A stretch of 62,817 nt of DNA, filler included, from a candidate division TA06 bacterium SM23_40 (GCA_001303705.1; 6 parts of 6 records of this genome joined end to end with filler, not necessarily neighbours in it); one strand, 5' to 3'; shown: positions 39,409 to 49,954, counted from the first letter of the whole stretch. Numbers and translations: made by a program. Notes: generated by a model not told the origin, from the sequence alone.

Positions 39409-41118
39409 CTAGTTGATGTACCCGAGCCCTCGCAGGCGATCTTTGATCGCCGCAGACTCCTCCTCCGTGAATTCGCTGACAGCCTGCTCCTCCTCCGACC
39501 ACTCCACCCGCTCAAACCTTACGGGATATCGTCGCAGGTGGTCCTCCTCCAGGGCCTGCTCAAGGACACTGCCGTCCATATCATCCGGCACGGAAAGGCC
39601 GAGCAGATAGAGGATCGTGGGGGCGAGGTCGATGATCCGCGCCCCTTCGATCTCAATACCACTCTTGACCCCAGAACCGTGGAGTACAACTAATCCATCG
39701 GGTCGATGACACCCCATGTTCCAGTCCTGGAACAGCGGGCGAAACGGGTATCGCGGCACCATCCAGCATCCACCGCCCTCTGTCTCGACCACCACGTCGG
39801 GTGCAAGGGAAAGGGCGTCACCTGAATAGATCTCCTCCTTCAGGTAGATGCGGCTGATGAGCGGTGCGTCCGTCATTGGATCCCTCAGTTCCTTCAGGCG
39901 TTCCACGAGATACCCGCGGACCCGCTCGTACTCTGCTCCGGGCGCGACGATGCCCCCGCGTTCCCGATCGCGTCGATTTACGTAGAACGATTGATGACCT
40001 GTCGTCCCCGAGTACGCCTTAACCGTGTCCATTCGCACCAGAGAAGACCATCCAGGATCGCGAAGCCGCGGAATCCAGACTCCCACACGCCCCATTGCCT
40101 GGGGCAAGTGGTCCGCCACGACCTGCATGCCGAGTCTCGCCAACACATCACGGAGCGACTTACGAATGAGGACAAGAAATCGACCATCGAGGCGCCGCAA
40201 CACCGGGAGGCGTTTCGCGAGGCCGATATCGACAAGCCACTGGTTCGAATAGAAGATCCGATTCCAGGGCCCGAACCCATGATCCGACATAATGATCGTT
40301 GTGCATCCCCGCCCGAGAGCCCCAAGGATCTCGCCGATGAGGCCGTCGACATGTACAAGGACATCGCGCATCACTTCCCCCCCCGGGGTGGCGTCCCATC
40401 GCTCCGCTCCGGCCTGCACACCTTCGAAATCTGCCCAGAAGAGGTGCAGCACGCGATCGGTGCTCGTGAAGACGAGCATAGTCAGATCGGGCTCGAATTC
40501 CCTATCGAGATGGATGAGCGTCTCCTTGCGTTTCGTATCGACCCTCATAATCTCCTCTGCAAGACCCCTCTCGTCAGTGATCCGACATGTGGCGGGAGGG
40601 AGCGAGTCCTGGATATCGACGAACCGGTCGTAGTCCGCCTCCACCTCATATCCACCGAGCTCCTGCCTGAGCTCTTCGATAAGGTGCGGTGGATAGGCAA
40701 ATGACGCCTCGTCGTCCCTGGGTGTGAGCATGCCCGTGAGCACATACCCATTCACCGGACGCGGTGGATAGGTAAACGGGACGTTGATCGTCCCGACACG
40801 CTTTCCGCCACGCCCCACAAGATGCTGGACGGTCGCTGATCTGAGGTGGGTGGCGTTGAGCGCAGGCCGCTTCCCGTTTTCACGCTGGAGGCCACAGAAA
40901 TCGAAGATGCCGTGCTTCCCGGGGTTCTTGCCCGTCAGGAACGATACCCATGCCGGCCCGGAGAGAGGAGGTACAGTCGACCTGAGAGGTCCGTGTGATC
41001 CCTCCGCGACGAGATGAGCGAGTGTCGGCAGCGCCCCCTCCTCGAGAAGTGGCGACAGAACCCTCCACGTCGCGCCGTCCAATCCTATGACAAGTATCCG
41101 TCGCTTCATCTCGCTCAC
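39409..41118 (-). CDS. AlkP superfamily phosphodiesterase/NPP-like protein (COG3379-like)
   Basis: VIGLDG, STVPPLSGPAW.SFLTGKNPGKHG, DRVLH, MSDHGF, RLRGLGYIN. Confidence 0.9.
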   Translation of the reverse strand: MSEMKRRILVIGLDGATWRVLSPLLEEGALPTLAHLVAEGSHGPLRSTVPPLSGPAWVSFLTGKNPGKHGIFDFCGLQRENGKRPALNATHLRSATVQHLVGRGGKRVGTINVPFTYPPRPVNGYVLTGMLTPRDDEASFAYPPHLIEELRQELGGYEVEADYDRFVDIQDSLPPATCRITDERGLAEEIMRVDTKRKETLIHLDREFEPDLTMLVFTSTDRVLHLFWADFEGVQAGAERWDATPGGEVMRDVLVHVDGLIGEILGALGRGCTTIIMSDHGFGPWNRIFYSNQWLVDIGLAKRLPVLRRLDGRFLVLIRKSLRDVLARLGMQVVADHLPQAMGRVGVWIPRLRDPGWSSLVRMDTVKAYSGTTGHQSFYVNRRDRERGGIVAPGAEYERVRGYLVERLKELRDPMTDAPLISRIYLKEEIYSGDALSLAPDVVVETEGGGCWMVPRYPFRPLFQDWNMGCHRPDGLVVLHGSGVKSGIEIEGARIIDLAPTILYLLGLSVPDDMDGSVLEQALEEDHLRRYPVRFERVEWSEEEQAVSEFTEEESAAIKDRLRGLGYIN

Positions 41119-41192
41119 CTGTCATCGAGACCATAGACGATATGATAGTGGATGCCCGCCCCGCCTGCCTCAACGCAGGCCGGGGAGGCCGA

Positions 41193-42362
41193 TCATGAAG
41201 AGCAGCGCTTGAAACGCCTCGCCCTGAAGGTGCCGCTCCTCAGGCACTTGGCAGTGGGCACGACCCGCCAGTGGTAGGCGCCGTCCGGCCAGCGCCGCCA
41301 GATCTCCTCCGGGATCGAGAATCTCGATCCCTTGACGAGTGCGCCGCACTGCCGGATGAAGGATGGCCCATCGGATATCTCCACTAAATACGAATCGACG
41401 CCGACGTACCGTCCCCAGACAAGAACATTCGTCTCGGGAGTGATGCGTATCGTCTGCGCTCGCTCCTTGCGCGCCGCGCCGCACATCAGCCGCCAACGGC
41501 GCACGATCTTTGCGATCATGAAGCCGATCACCTTCAGCACCTGAAAGAGCAGACACCCGCCCAATCCATAGTACTTGCGTAGATAGTGGCGCAAGCTGTT
41601 TACGAAGATCTCGTATGTCCTCACGCCGTTCCTTGAGCTGCCGCCCACGTAGTGGATCACCTCCGCCCGCACGCAGACATAGAGCCTCCAGCCCGCCCGT
41701 CTCATCCTCAAAGACCAGTCGGTATCCTCCAGATACATGAAGAACCGCTCATCGAGGAGGCCGATCTCATCGATCGCCTCTCTGCGAACCATGAGAGACT
41801 CCCCGGTGAGCAGCTCCATCTCGCACCAGTCCTCACACTGCCACAGCATACGATCGATCTCCCACCCGTCACGGAAAATCTTGTTATTGGGGAACACCTC
41901 AGCCAGCCCCGTGTGGGCGAGCAGTATGAACGGCAGATTGAACACCTTGTGCGTCCCACCGCGAAACGTCCGACCGTGGTCAAGCCACGTGCTCGCCGCC
42001 GCCGCTCCGGCCTCGGGGTGGCCATCCATGAACGAAGCCAGCTTCGTCAGTGAACCGGGGAGGAGCACGGTGTCCGGATTGAGGAGGAAGAGATAGCGCC
42101 CTGAGCTGAGACGCGTCGCCTGATTATGGGCTGCCGCGAATCCACGGTTCTCCTCGTTGACGATCAGCGTCACATCGGGGAACTCCCGACGGATCAGTTC
42201 CGCAGACCCATCGGTCGAGGCGTTGTCCACGACGATGACCTCGACCTCGAGCCCCCCGTGCTCCGCATAGGTCGAGCGCAGACAATCGACGAGGAAGTCT
42301 CTTGAATTGAAACTGACGATCGATATCGTCACGTCAGCGCTCCGAGACTCGAGAGCACCCAT
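41193..42362 (-). CDS. GT2 glycosyltransferase with C-terminal extra domain
   Basis: VVDNASTDGS, NRGFAAAHNQA, LLNPD, LDERFFMYLEDTDW; paralog of 34711-35910. Confidence 0.92.
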   Translation of the reverse strand: MGALESRSADVTISIVSFNSRDFLVDCLRSTYAEHGGLEVEVIVVDNASTDGSAELIRREFPDVTLIVNEENRGFAAAHNQATRLSSGRYLFLLNPDTVLLPGSLTKLASFMDGHPEAGAAAASTWLDHGRTFRGGTHKVFNLPFILLAHTGLAEVFPNNKIFRDGWEIDRMLWQCEDWCEMELLTGESLMVRREAIDEIGLLDERFFMYLEDTDWSLRMRRAGWRLYVCVRAEVIHYVGGSSRNGVRTYEIFVNSLRHYLRKYYGLGGCLLFQVLKVIGFMIAKIVRRWRLMCGAARKERAQTIRITPETNVLVWGRYVGVDSYLVEISDGPSFIRQCGALVKGSRFSIPEEIWRRWPDGAYHWRVVPTAKCLRSGTFRARRFKRCSS

Positions 42363-42378
42363 CTTCTCCTCATCTCGT

Positions 42379-42986
42379 CTAATCCATCAAGATCAGTTCC
42401 TTGGCCCGGTTGCCCAGCTCACTGCCCACACTCCGTATCCGGCCGATATCCTTCCGCGTCAACTCTCCCGACCCTACGAGCACAGCCAGATACGTGGCCA
42501 ATCCCACCGGAAGGGTCACCGCCAGACCCATCCCGCGTAACCAGTACATCACCAGCGCCATGAGTCCGGCAGCGCCTGTCGGGCGCACCAGTATCCGCAG
42601 CACTACCTTCCAGTCTGCGAGCAGCCGGTTCACCCAGTAGATCTTAATGATGAGATTGGCAGCAGAACAGATAACGGTCGAAACGCTTGCACCGTAGAAA
42701 TCGTACCGCGGAATGAGAAACGAATTGAGCACAATGTTGAGTACGGCGATACTGGCCGCGTACGGCGCGAACTGAAATATATTCACACCGCACGCAATGA
42801 CAAATGTCCCCACCGGGCCGCTGATGACGTTCAGACAGAACGCCCAGACGAGTATTCGAAGAGCGACGGCACTCCCTCCGTTCAGATATTCCTGACCGAA
42901 CATCCTTCCAACGATGACATCGGATCCGGCCCCTATCACCACGGCTGTATGCAATGCGAAGAGTATTGACACCCGCAGAGCCGTTT
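42379..42986 (-). CDS. Wzx-type flippase, C-terminal part (5' truncated)
   Basis: MFGQEY, ALRILVW, LNIVLNSFLIPRYDFYGASVST polysaccharide-biosynthesis C-terminal pattern. Confidence 0.8.
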
Positions 42987-43086
42987 NNNNNNNNNNNNNN
43001 NNNNNNNNNNNNNNNNNNNNNNNNNNNNNNTTAATTAATTAANNNNNNNNNNNNNNNNNNNNNNNNNNNNNNNNNNNNNNNNNNNN
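42987..43086. other. artificial contig spacer
   Basis: N-run + TTAATTAATTAA + N-run. Confidence 0.98.
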
Positions 43087-43149
43087 ACACCCTGCCCGTC
43101 CGTATCCTGTGTACGGCGCCCATTCCAGGCGCTCACGTACCCGCCGCCG

Positions 43150-44268
43150 CTACGGCACCATCTCGAACTGGAACGTGTCCTGATCCCACAGATCATCAGG
43201 AGGCTGGCCGATCATCGCCGTCGCCGCGTACGTGCCGAGCGGAGCGGCCATGGGAATGGGATGCGCCATATGCTTCTCGATGTACGCTCCCGGACCCAGC
43301 GTCACCGGCCTCGGCGAGATCACCTCCACCTGCCCAATACCGGGCACGTCAGCAACGACCTTCCCCCAGAACGTCTGAGCAACATCAGTCTGGTTTGCCA
43401 GGATCGCCGTGTACCCGAGTGTGCCGCCCGGGTGGTAGAAGACAGCATCGGGAACGAGGTTGATCGTCACCGACGGCATTCCGGCGGCCCACTTCAGCGC
43501 GTTCTCGAAGACGCGGTGGAAGTCTCCCCCGAAATCGATCCCGTAGTTGCCATGGTTCTCGTACGCCGGGAAGATACTGATGGCGACCATCCGTCCTCCC
43601 GTGGTGGCGTCGTACGCCATCGCCGGCGTCTGATCGGACCACCTGGCCAGCCCGGTGGCGCCCGGCTGCATGGCCGTCCCTCCATGGAAACTGGTGCACC
43701 AGAGGGAGGTGACACCGGCAGTCACCGCGTGCGGAACGATCGAGCCCGGGTCGAGTTCGTCATAGTTGTACTCGCATCCTCCCGCCTCGATAAGGGGACA
43801 GATTCCTTCCATCAGACCCCAGCCGTACCCAGCTGGCCACGTGGACCAGTCCTGCCAGACGAACGTGGCGAAGACGACGCGTCCATCATAGTTGGTGACA
43901 TAGTCGTAGATGACCGCCCCCACATTGGGCGCGTTGGCGAAGATGCCGTTCTCGAAGAGCAGCACGACGTCGTAGGCCTGGAGCTGATCGATCGTGGGCG
44001 TCACGGTAACGCAGTCGAATATGTCGAAGGCCAGGCCATACATGTTGTCGGCAAAGTCCTGAGCAGTTGCGGTCAGGTCGCTGTAGCTGTTCGCCAACAA
44101 CAGGCAATAGACATCATCGTCGGTCGGCGCCTCCGGAACGTAGTTCCCGGACCCCTCGGCTATCGCTTTTCCCCTCTCGACAGTCCCTGAACCATACCCT
44201 GCAACCAGCACCGCGCTCGCTCCCGCGACGACCAATATCATTGCGAAAATCACTGTCCTGTTCATCAT
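43150..44268 (-). CDS. secreted protein: alpha/beta (class I GATase-like) domain plus shared C-terminal beta domain
   Basis: GGAGG RBS, signal peptide; TPTIDQLQAYDVVLLF...FENALKW; C-terminal HPIPMAAPLGTY...DTFQFEMV. Confidence 0.8.
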   Translation of the reverse strand: MMNRTVIFAMILVVAGASAVLVAGYGSGTVERGKAIAEGSGNYVPEAPTDDDVYCLLLANSYSDLTATAQDFADNMYGLAFDIFDCVTVTPTIDQLQAYDVVLLFENGIFANAPNVGAVIYDYVTNYDGRVVFATFVWQDWSTWPAGYGWGLMEGICPLIEAGGCEYNYDELDPGSIVPHAVTAGVTSLWCTSFHGGTAMQPGATGLARWSDQTPAMAYDATTGGRMVAISIFPAYENHGNYGIDFGGDFHRVFENALKWAAGMPSVTINLVPDAVFYHPGGTLGYTAILANQTDVAQTFWGKVVADVPGIGQVEVISPRPVTLGPGAYIEKHMAHPIPMAAPLGTYAATAMIGQPPDDLWDQDTFQFEMVP

Positions 44269-44694
44269 TGTCCCTCCTCATATCAACCGACCCCAATGAG
44301 CCAACCACCCCGTCTCGTTGTGACCCTGTACCACCGATCCTCCATCACGTCTGCTCTTCCCACCCCCTCGTATGGTGTGTGTGAAATGCCAATGGGGGAT
44401 CAACCCCCCAGCAATCAGCGGGGATTGCCGGACCTCTTGCCGATTCTTGCCTCGAATCTATGGGAGGTCCCGTCTATCATGTCCGATGCGCCCACGCGAA
44501 TGGAACTGAGGAGGAAACAGGTACCGCCCCCTTCCTCCCTGAGCTACATCGTGAGCCAGCAGAACCTCGCCCTATTGCCCACAATAGAGCAGGGCTACCC
44601 AGCACTGCGCTTGCTGTTCATCGCCCGCCGGAGCAGCCCCTATTATCCACAATTCTTGCCGGCTTGTCAAGCACAGATCGGGGTGCCCCGGCCG

Positions 44695-45399
44695 CTAGGT
44701 AACCTCCTCTCCGGTGTCGGCCCGATATCCGATTCGATCGAAGGGATTGGTGATGCTCGTGGCGATATTGACGAGATGCGAGCTGATCCTCTTGAGATAT
44801 CGCATGTACAGGGCGAGCGTAACAGCATCGCTGCAGGAGAACGGCAAGCTCTCGTGATGGATCAGACGTAATATGTGCTGTTCGCAGAAGCGCTTCACCT
44901 TCCACATATCTTCCTGCAGACGTTGTGCCTCGGCCTCGTCGGACTTACGGAGGGCGTGGATCAATCGCCCGAATCCGTTCGCCACGAGAGCCTCGATCTC
45001 CCTGAACTCAGACTCCCACTCCCCCGCCTCAAGCCGGCGGGGATGATCACCGGCGAGCTCGACGATATTTTTGGTGAAGTCCCCTATCCGTTCTATGTCG
45101 ATCACGATACTCGCCAACACGAGACCGATATTGAGGTCGGCAGTACCGCTCACCGCCAGATGAGTGAGGACCTTCTGGCGAACCTCGCGCTCATATTCGT
45201 TGACCTTCCTGTCCAGCTCGTAGATGTCGAAATCGAGTTCTGCATCATCGCGCTCCCGCAGCGATTTGACGGCACCGACAAACATCGCCCGGTCGATCTC
45301 GAGCATCTTCAAGGATTCGGTCAAGGCCTCCTCCATGAGGCTCTTGCGTTGGAATATTTTCTGGAGTTCTTTGAGCATGATTCTCACCTCGTCAGCCAT
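44695..45399 (-). CDS. PhoU-domain protein
   Basis: LDRKVNEYEREVR, DIERIGDFTKNI, RYLKRISSHLVNIA. Confidence 0.85.
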   Translation of the reverse strand: MADEVRIMLKELQKIFQRKSLMEEALTESLKMLEIDRAMFVGAVKSLRERDDAELDFDIYELDRKVNEYEREVRQKVLTHLAVSGTADLNIGLVLASIVIDIERIGDFTKNIVELAGDHPRRLEAGEWESEFREIEALVANGFGRLIHALRKSDEAEAQRLQEDMWKVKRFCEQHILRLIHHESLPFSCSDAVTLALYMRYLKRISSHLVNIATSITNPFDRIGYRADTGEEVT

Positions 45400-46763
45400 A
45401 CCATCAGCAGCGGTACGACGTAGAACGCGAACAGTATATACCCCAATGGTATGAGCTTGTTCTTGATAGAGATCTCGGCAAGCCCCCGAGCCAGGAAGAG
45501 CGGGATCCCGCGGACCGGACGCAGGGGATAGATGATGGCGATACCGCTGACATTGAAGAACAGGTGTGCGAGGGCGACACTTACTGCAGCAGGACTCCCT
45601 GTCGCCAGGGATGCGAGGAGAGCGGTCACCGTCGTGCCAACATTCGCACCGAGCGTGTAGGGATATATCTGCTCGAGCGCGAGGATCCCGGCGCCGGCAA
45701 GGGGGACGACCAGCGACGTCGTAATGGAACTGCTCTGCACGAGCGCTGTCAAGATCAGACCAAATGCCAAGCCGCGGATCGCACTTCTGAATATCACCTT
45801 ATCGAAGAAGACTTCCGCGCGCCTCATGATGGTCGATCTCAGAGACTTGACCAGGTACTTGAGCGAGAGAAAGAGCAGCACGAGTGCTACGATGAGCGTG
45901 ATGATGCCCGACTCGCCCGTCAACCGCACGATGAGCTTTGTCACCGGATCGACGGCTAGTCTGATAGGGCTCACGAAGCTGGGCCCGGCTACTGCATGAA
46001 CCAGCCCGGACGCCCAGACGGAGGCTCGCCCGAGGAAGTTCGTGGCGATCTGCAGTGGAAACAGTATGAGCACCGCACACAGATTGAAGAAGTCATGAAC
46101 AGTGGCCGCGGCGAATGCGCGGCGGAATTCCGCTTTTCTCGAAAGGTGACCTACGGAGACGATCATATTGGTCACGCTCGTCCCCACATTGGCCCCCATG
46201 ACGATCGGAATGGCCGTGGCGACGGTGAGAGCGCCTCCCCCGACGAGTCCGACGACAAGCGAAGTGGTCAGTGACGAACTCTGTATCAGGGCGGTGGCGA
46301 GGATGCCGATGAACAGGCCAGTGAGCGGGTTCGAGGTTGCCGCGACCAGCCTCTCTGCCATACCCTCGCCGAACAGCCGAAATGCGGATCCGAGAAGAGA
46401 GATGCTGAGGAGGAAGAGATAGAGGAAGAAGAATATCGCAACGAGGTTGAGCGCCAGGTGCCGCCGTCCACTACTCAGTACCGGCGCACCGAGGCCCTCA
46501 GTCCGGCCAGGCGAAGACCTTGCCCCAGCCGGCGAGAGCCTCCGAGGCCATGGCCCTTCCACGGCATCGGCCAGCTCGGTATCAGCGGCCTCGACCAACC
46601 GCGACTCCGTACCGGCCTCAGCCTGGTCAGGCTCGATACCTACCTCTCGGGAGCTGATATCCACGTGACCGGACTCGGCATGCCCCACGTCCCGCCCCTC
46701 CGGATCATATCTCAAAATCGGTGGCAACGGATCGCCCGCGGGCATTGGGGACAACGAGTTCAC
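45384..46763 (-). CDS. Na+/Pi cotransporter (NptA-like); true start may be further downstream
   Basis: Two QSSS motifs, GANVGTSVT/GANVGTTVT, AATVHDFFN. Confidence 0.9.
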   Translation of the reverse strand: MNSLSPMPAGDPLPPILRYDPEGRDVGHAESGHVDISSREVGIEPDQAEAGTESRLVEAADTELADAVEGPWPRRLSPAGARSSPGRTEGLGAPVLSSGRRHLALNLVAIFFFLYLFLLSISLLGSAFRLFGEGMAERLVAATSNPLTGLFIGILATALIQSSSLTTSLVVGLVGGGALTVATAIPIVMGANVGTSVTNMIVSVGHLSRKAEFRRAFAAATVHDFFNLCAVLILFPLQIATNFLGRASVWASGLVHAVAGPSFVSPIRLAVDPVTKLIVRLTGESGIITLIVALVLLFLSLKYLVKSLRSTIMRRAEVFFDKVIFRSAIRGLAFGLILTALVQSSSITTSLVVPLAGAGILALEQIYPYTLGANVGTTVTALLASLATGSPAAVSVALAHLFFNVSGIAIIYPLRPVRGIPLFLARGLAEISIKNKLIPLGYILFAFYVVPLLMVWLTR

Positions 46764-46866
46764 CCGGCGGTCGAGCCGAACTCGTGAGCCAGATCTATGA
46801 GCATCCGTCAGGCGCAGCGATGCGATGGCCCTCGCGCAACGATTCCGGTGGAGACGAACAACCGGT

Positions 46867-47775
46867 CTATTTGACGAAGAGGATCTTACGAGAGTCCACC
46901 TCGTCGCCCACCCTCAGCCGGCAGAAGTAGACCCCGTTGGCCAGGCGATCGCCCCGCGAATCACAACCGTCCCAGAGGACCCGGTGACGGCCGGGGTTCT
47001 CCCGCCGTTCGACGAGGACATCCACGAGCTGCCCGGTGATGGCATAGACTCGTATCGAGACTCTCTCCGGCCTGGAGACCGCGTATTCGACGGCAATGCG
47101 CTCGCGGAATGGGTTGGGTGCGGCAGAGACGATGCGTGACCGATCGCAGAACTCCGACGGCGAGTTCTCGTCACCCCCGTCGACGAGAACACCGGGAGTC
47201 AGGCTCACATCATCGAACAGGGCATACGATCCCACCTGGTCTCCGAATATTCCCAGCCATACAAACGCGGAATCGGCATCCGGCTGGCCCTGTATGACCT
47301 CGGCGATGCCGGTGCGGTGTGTGTAGGAGGGCGCGAGATCGAGCGAGTCATACCACGCGCCGACGGCGAGCGGTCCGGCGAACAGCAGAACCTCGGCCCA
47401 CGCGTACTCTGAGCCCGTTCCCGACAGCAGATACTCGAAGTCGAACGTGAATGCCCGGCCGGAAGCCCCCGTGTTCTGCATGACCCAACCGCCGTACGTC
47501 GTATCGATGAACTGCACGATGGCGCACTGAGCAGCGTACTGGCCGCTGTATGCGTTTGTACTCGGCGTCACCGGCTCGAGAATGGGCGGGATGTTGGGTG
47601 TCACCCACTCGTCGGGGATGTTTCCTGTCCAGGCCTCGAATCCCGGATTGAGGAGAAGATTTTGCGCTCTGGCCGGTGAGGCGAAGGCACCTATGATCGC
47701 TACACTCATCGCCGCGGCGAGAAGACAGATCGGCCGACCGAGGAACTTCACTCTGTCCCGGACGTTGTATTGCAT
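46867..47775 (-). CDS. secreted protein, CBM-like domain plus FlgD/T9SS-type C-terminal domain
   Basis: AQNLLLNPGFEAW...FDDVSL; PNPFRE...WDGCDSRG..LANGVYFCRL...KILFVK. Confidence 0.8.
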   Translation of the reverse strand: MQYNVRDRVKFLGRPICLLAAAMSVAIIGAFASPARAQNLLLNPGFEAWTGNIPDEWVTPNIPPILEPVTPSTNAYSGQYAAQCAIVQFIDTTYGGWVMQNTGASGRAFTFDFEYLLSGTGSEYAWAEVLLFAGPLAVGAWYDSLDLAPSYTHRTGIAEVIQGQPDADSAFVWLGIFGDQVGSYALFDDVSLTPGVLVDGGDENSPSEFCDRSRIVSAAPNPFRERIAVEYAVSRPERVSIRVYAITGQLVDVLVERRENPGRHRVLWDGCDSRGDRLANGVYFCRLRVGDEVDSRKILFVK

Positions 47776-47988
47776 TGGACTCCTCCATTCCTCCGGTCCT
47801 TATGCAGATCTCTTTAGAACCGGCGCCGGTCGGGCCATTATCTTACAGGCAGCTCTCAGCTGTCAAGAAGAAGATATCGAATGGAGATTTCCCTTGACAA
47901 GGAATGTCATGAGCATGCTCCAATGTGCGACGGTCTGTGCGTTCTTCGAGACGGACTGTCCCCGAGCACTATTCGAGACGCGGCTCCG

Positions 47989-48534
47989 ATGACACCTGCT
48001 ATGACAGACGACGAGTTGATGGCCCGGATCGCAGGTGGAGACGAGGACGCATTCCGCGATCTCGTGCTTCGCTGGGAGCGCCGAGTCTACGCATTTTTCT
48101 TCCGCTGTCTGGGCTCGCGCGAGGATGCGGAGGATCTGGCCCAGGAGACCTTCGTCCGTATCTTCCGTTCGGCCGGACGGTACCGTGCCCGGGGATCCTT
48201 CCCCAGTTACCTGTTTCGGATCGCGGGAAACCTGTATCGCAATGAGGTGAGAAGACGGCGTCGTCGCCCTCAGCCGAGGCTCGAGACTGTCGCCCAGAAT
48301 GGAGATCGGCCAGATGTTGCCCTCGAGCGCCGCGAGCTGGCACAGGCGGTCAGGGCGGCCATCTCCCACCTCCCCGATCGACAGCAGATCGCCGTCATAC
48401 TACGGCGGTATGAGGGGCTCACCTATCAGGAGATCGCTGATGCCCTCGGCACGAGCATCCCTGCTGTCGAATCACTGCTCCACCGTGCCAGCCGATCGCT
48501 GCGTGAAGCACTGAAAGACCAGGTCGGGCCCTAG
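47989..48534 (+). CDS. ECF RNA polymerase sigma factor
   Basis: DAEDLAQETFVR, SYLFRIAGN, LPDRQQ..ILRRYEGLTYQEIA. Confidence 0.92.
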   Translation: MTPAMTDDELMARIAGGDEDAFRDLVLRWERRVYAFFFRCLGSREDAEDLAQETFVRIFRSAGRYRARGSFPSYLFRIAGNLYRNEVRRRRRRPQPRLETVAQNGDRPDVALERRELAQAVRAAISHLPDRQQIAVILRRYEGLTYQEIADALGTSIPAVESLLHRASRSLREALKDQVGP

Positions 48535-48678
48535 TCCCGCCCGGTTCGCGCACGCGGCTCCACGGCCCTGCGCGACCGGAATACCTGTCCGCACCCCCGG
48601 CGCGAAAAATTCTGTCCAGAGACGCGCAGGTTTTTCACACACCCCGTGTTTTGCACTATAGAAAGGACAGATCAGACT

Positions 48679-49266
48679 ATGCGCGACAGACACATTGCCG
48701 AGCGTCTCACCGCCTACGTCGACGGGCAACTCTCGTCTGAGGAGCGCCGACAGGTTGAAGAACATCTCGCCAGGTGCTCAGCCTGCCGGCATGAACTGGA
48801 AACTCTGGGGCGCCTCTGGACGTTCATAGATGATGGACTGAGAGCCAAGGTAGAGGACGAAGAGCCTATCCCGGCCCTCTGGCCGGCCATCGCTGTCCGG
48901 ATAGAGCGTGAGCGAATCCGTCGCAGGCGCTGGCTCCTCCCCTGGATGGAACTGTGGTGGAGACTCCGCGACTCCCTCCGGCCGCTGCAATGGGCCCGGA
49001 GCCCCGGTTGGCGTACTCCGTATGCCTATGCGCTCGCGAGTGCCATTATTCTGGGGTTCCTGGCAGGTGCCGGGCTGGAATACGGAGCCTCGATGCCGCA
49101 GGGCTCGGAGACGATAGCCACAACTCAGGTGGAGGTCCTCGAGCCGGCCGATTACTCCAGTCTGATCGAGCTGCCCGAGGAGTCGTTCGCGTCTCTATTC
49201 TTCGGCGCGGATGGCGCGAACAGCTCTGGATCTTTGAATTCGGAGATCGAGAGGGAAGGAACGTGA
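48679..49266 (+). CDS. zinc-finger (zf-HC2) transmembrane anti-sigma factor
   Basis: LTAYVDGQLS, HLARCSAC, single TM. Confidence 0.88.
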   Translation: MRDRHIAERLTAYVDGQLSSEERRQVEEHLARCSACRHELETLGRLWTFIDDGLRAKVEDEEPIPALWPAIAVRIERERIRRRRWLLPWMELWWRLRDSLRPLQWARSPGWRTPYAYALASAIILGFLAGAGLEYGASMPQGSETIATTQVEVLEPADYSSLIELPEESFASLFFGADGANSSGSLNSEIEREGT

Positions 49267-49267
49267 G

Positions 49268-49894
49268 ATGAGGAAACCATTGCTCATACTCCTCACTTTC
49301 TCCCTCGCGCTCAACGTGGGGTTCGGAGCTGCAACGCTTTTTCGGTGGCTCGGGTGGCGCTCTGTGGGCCGACCGTTATGGACCGAGGGCATGCGGCGAC
49401 CGTCGGGGATGAGGCCGCCGTTCACGCACGGGAATGGCCATCGACCCGGCCACCCAGGTGGGCCAGAACTGGGACCGCACTGGGTGGATCGCCATCTCGA
49501 GCATCTGGATGCATGGGTCACCCTCACTCCGGAGCAGAAGGCTCTTCTGCATGAGGCGCTTTCCCAGTCCCGCGATGAAGCAGGTCGCCTGGTCCAGAAG
49601 TTGAGAGAGCGCCGCGAGGAGCTGCGCGAGCTCCTCTCGAGCGTGGAGGTCGACAGCATCTCGATACGATCGACGGTCGCCGACATATCGCAGCTCCAGA
49701 GCGAACTCGACAGTCTCCTCATGGAGACCCTGCTCCGCGAACAGCTCATACTCCGTCCGGAGCAACGTGGGGCATTCGGCCGGTGGCTTGCGCGTTCGCG
49801 CGCTGAACGACACATGCGTATGCACAAGGGGGACCAGTCCCCTGGCGGCGATGACCCGTCGTCAACCAAGATCGACCCGCCTCCCGGGCGATAA
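49268..49894 (+). CDS. periplasmic heavy-metal sensor (CnrX/Spy-CpxP-like)
   Basis: SLALNVGF N-terminal anchor, His-rich linker, LTPEQ and LRPEQ motifs. Confidence 0.8.
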   Translation: MRKPLLILLTFSLALNVGFGAATLFRWLGWRSVGRPLWTEGMRRPSGMRPPFTHGNGHRPGHPGGPELGPHWVDRHLEHLDAWVTLTPEQKALLHEALSQSRDEAGRLVQKLRERREELRELLSSVEVDSISIRSTVADISQLQSELDSLLMETLLREQLILRPEQRGAFGRWLARSRAERHMRMHKGDQSPGGDDPSSTKIDPPPGR

Positions 49895-49954
49895 CAGTAC
49901 TCTCTCCCGGAACGCAGAACTGCTGTTCCGGGGCAGCAGACGAAAGGAGAACGA

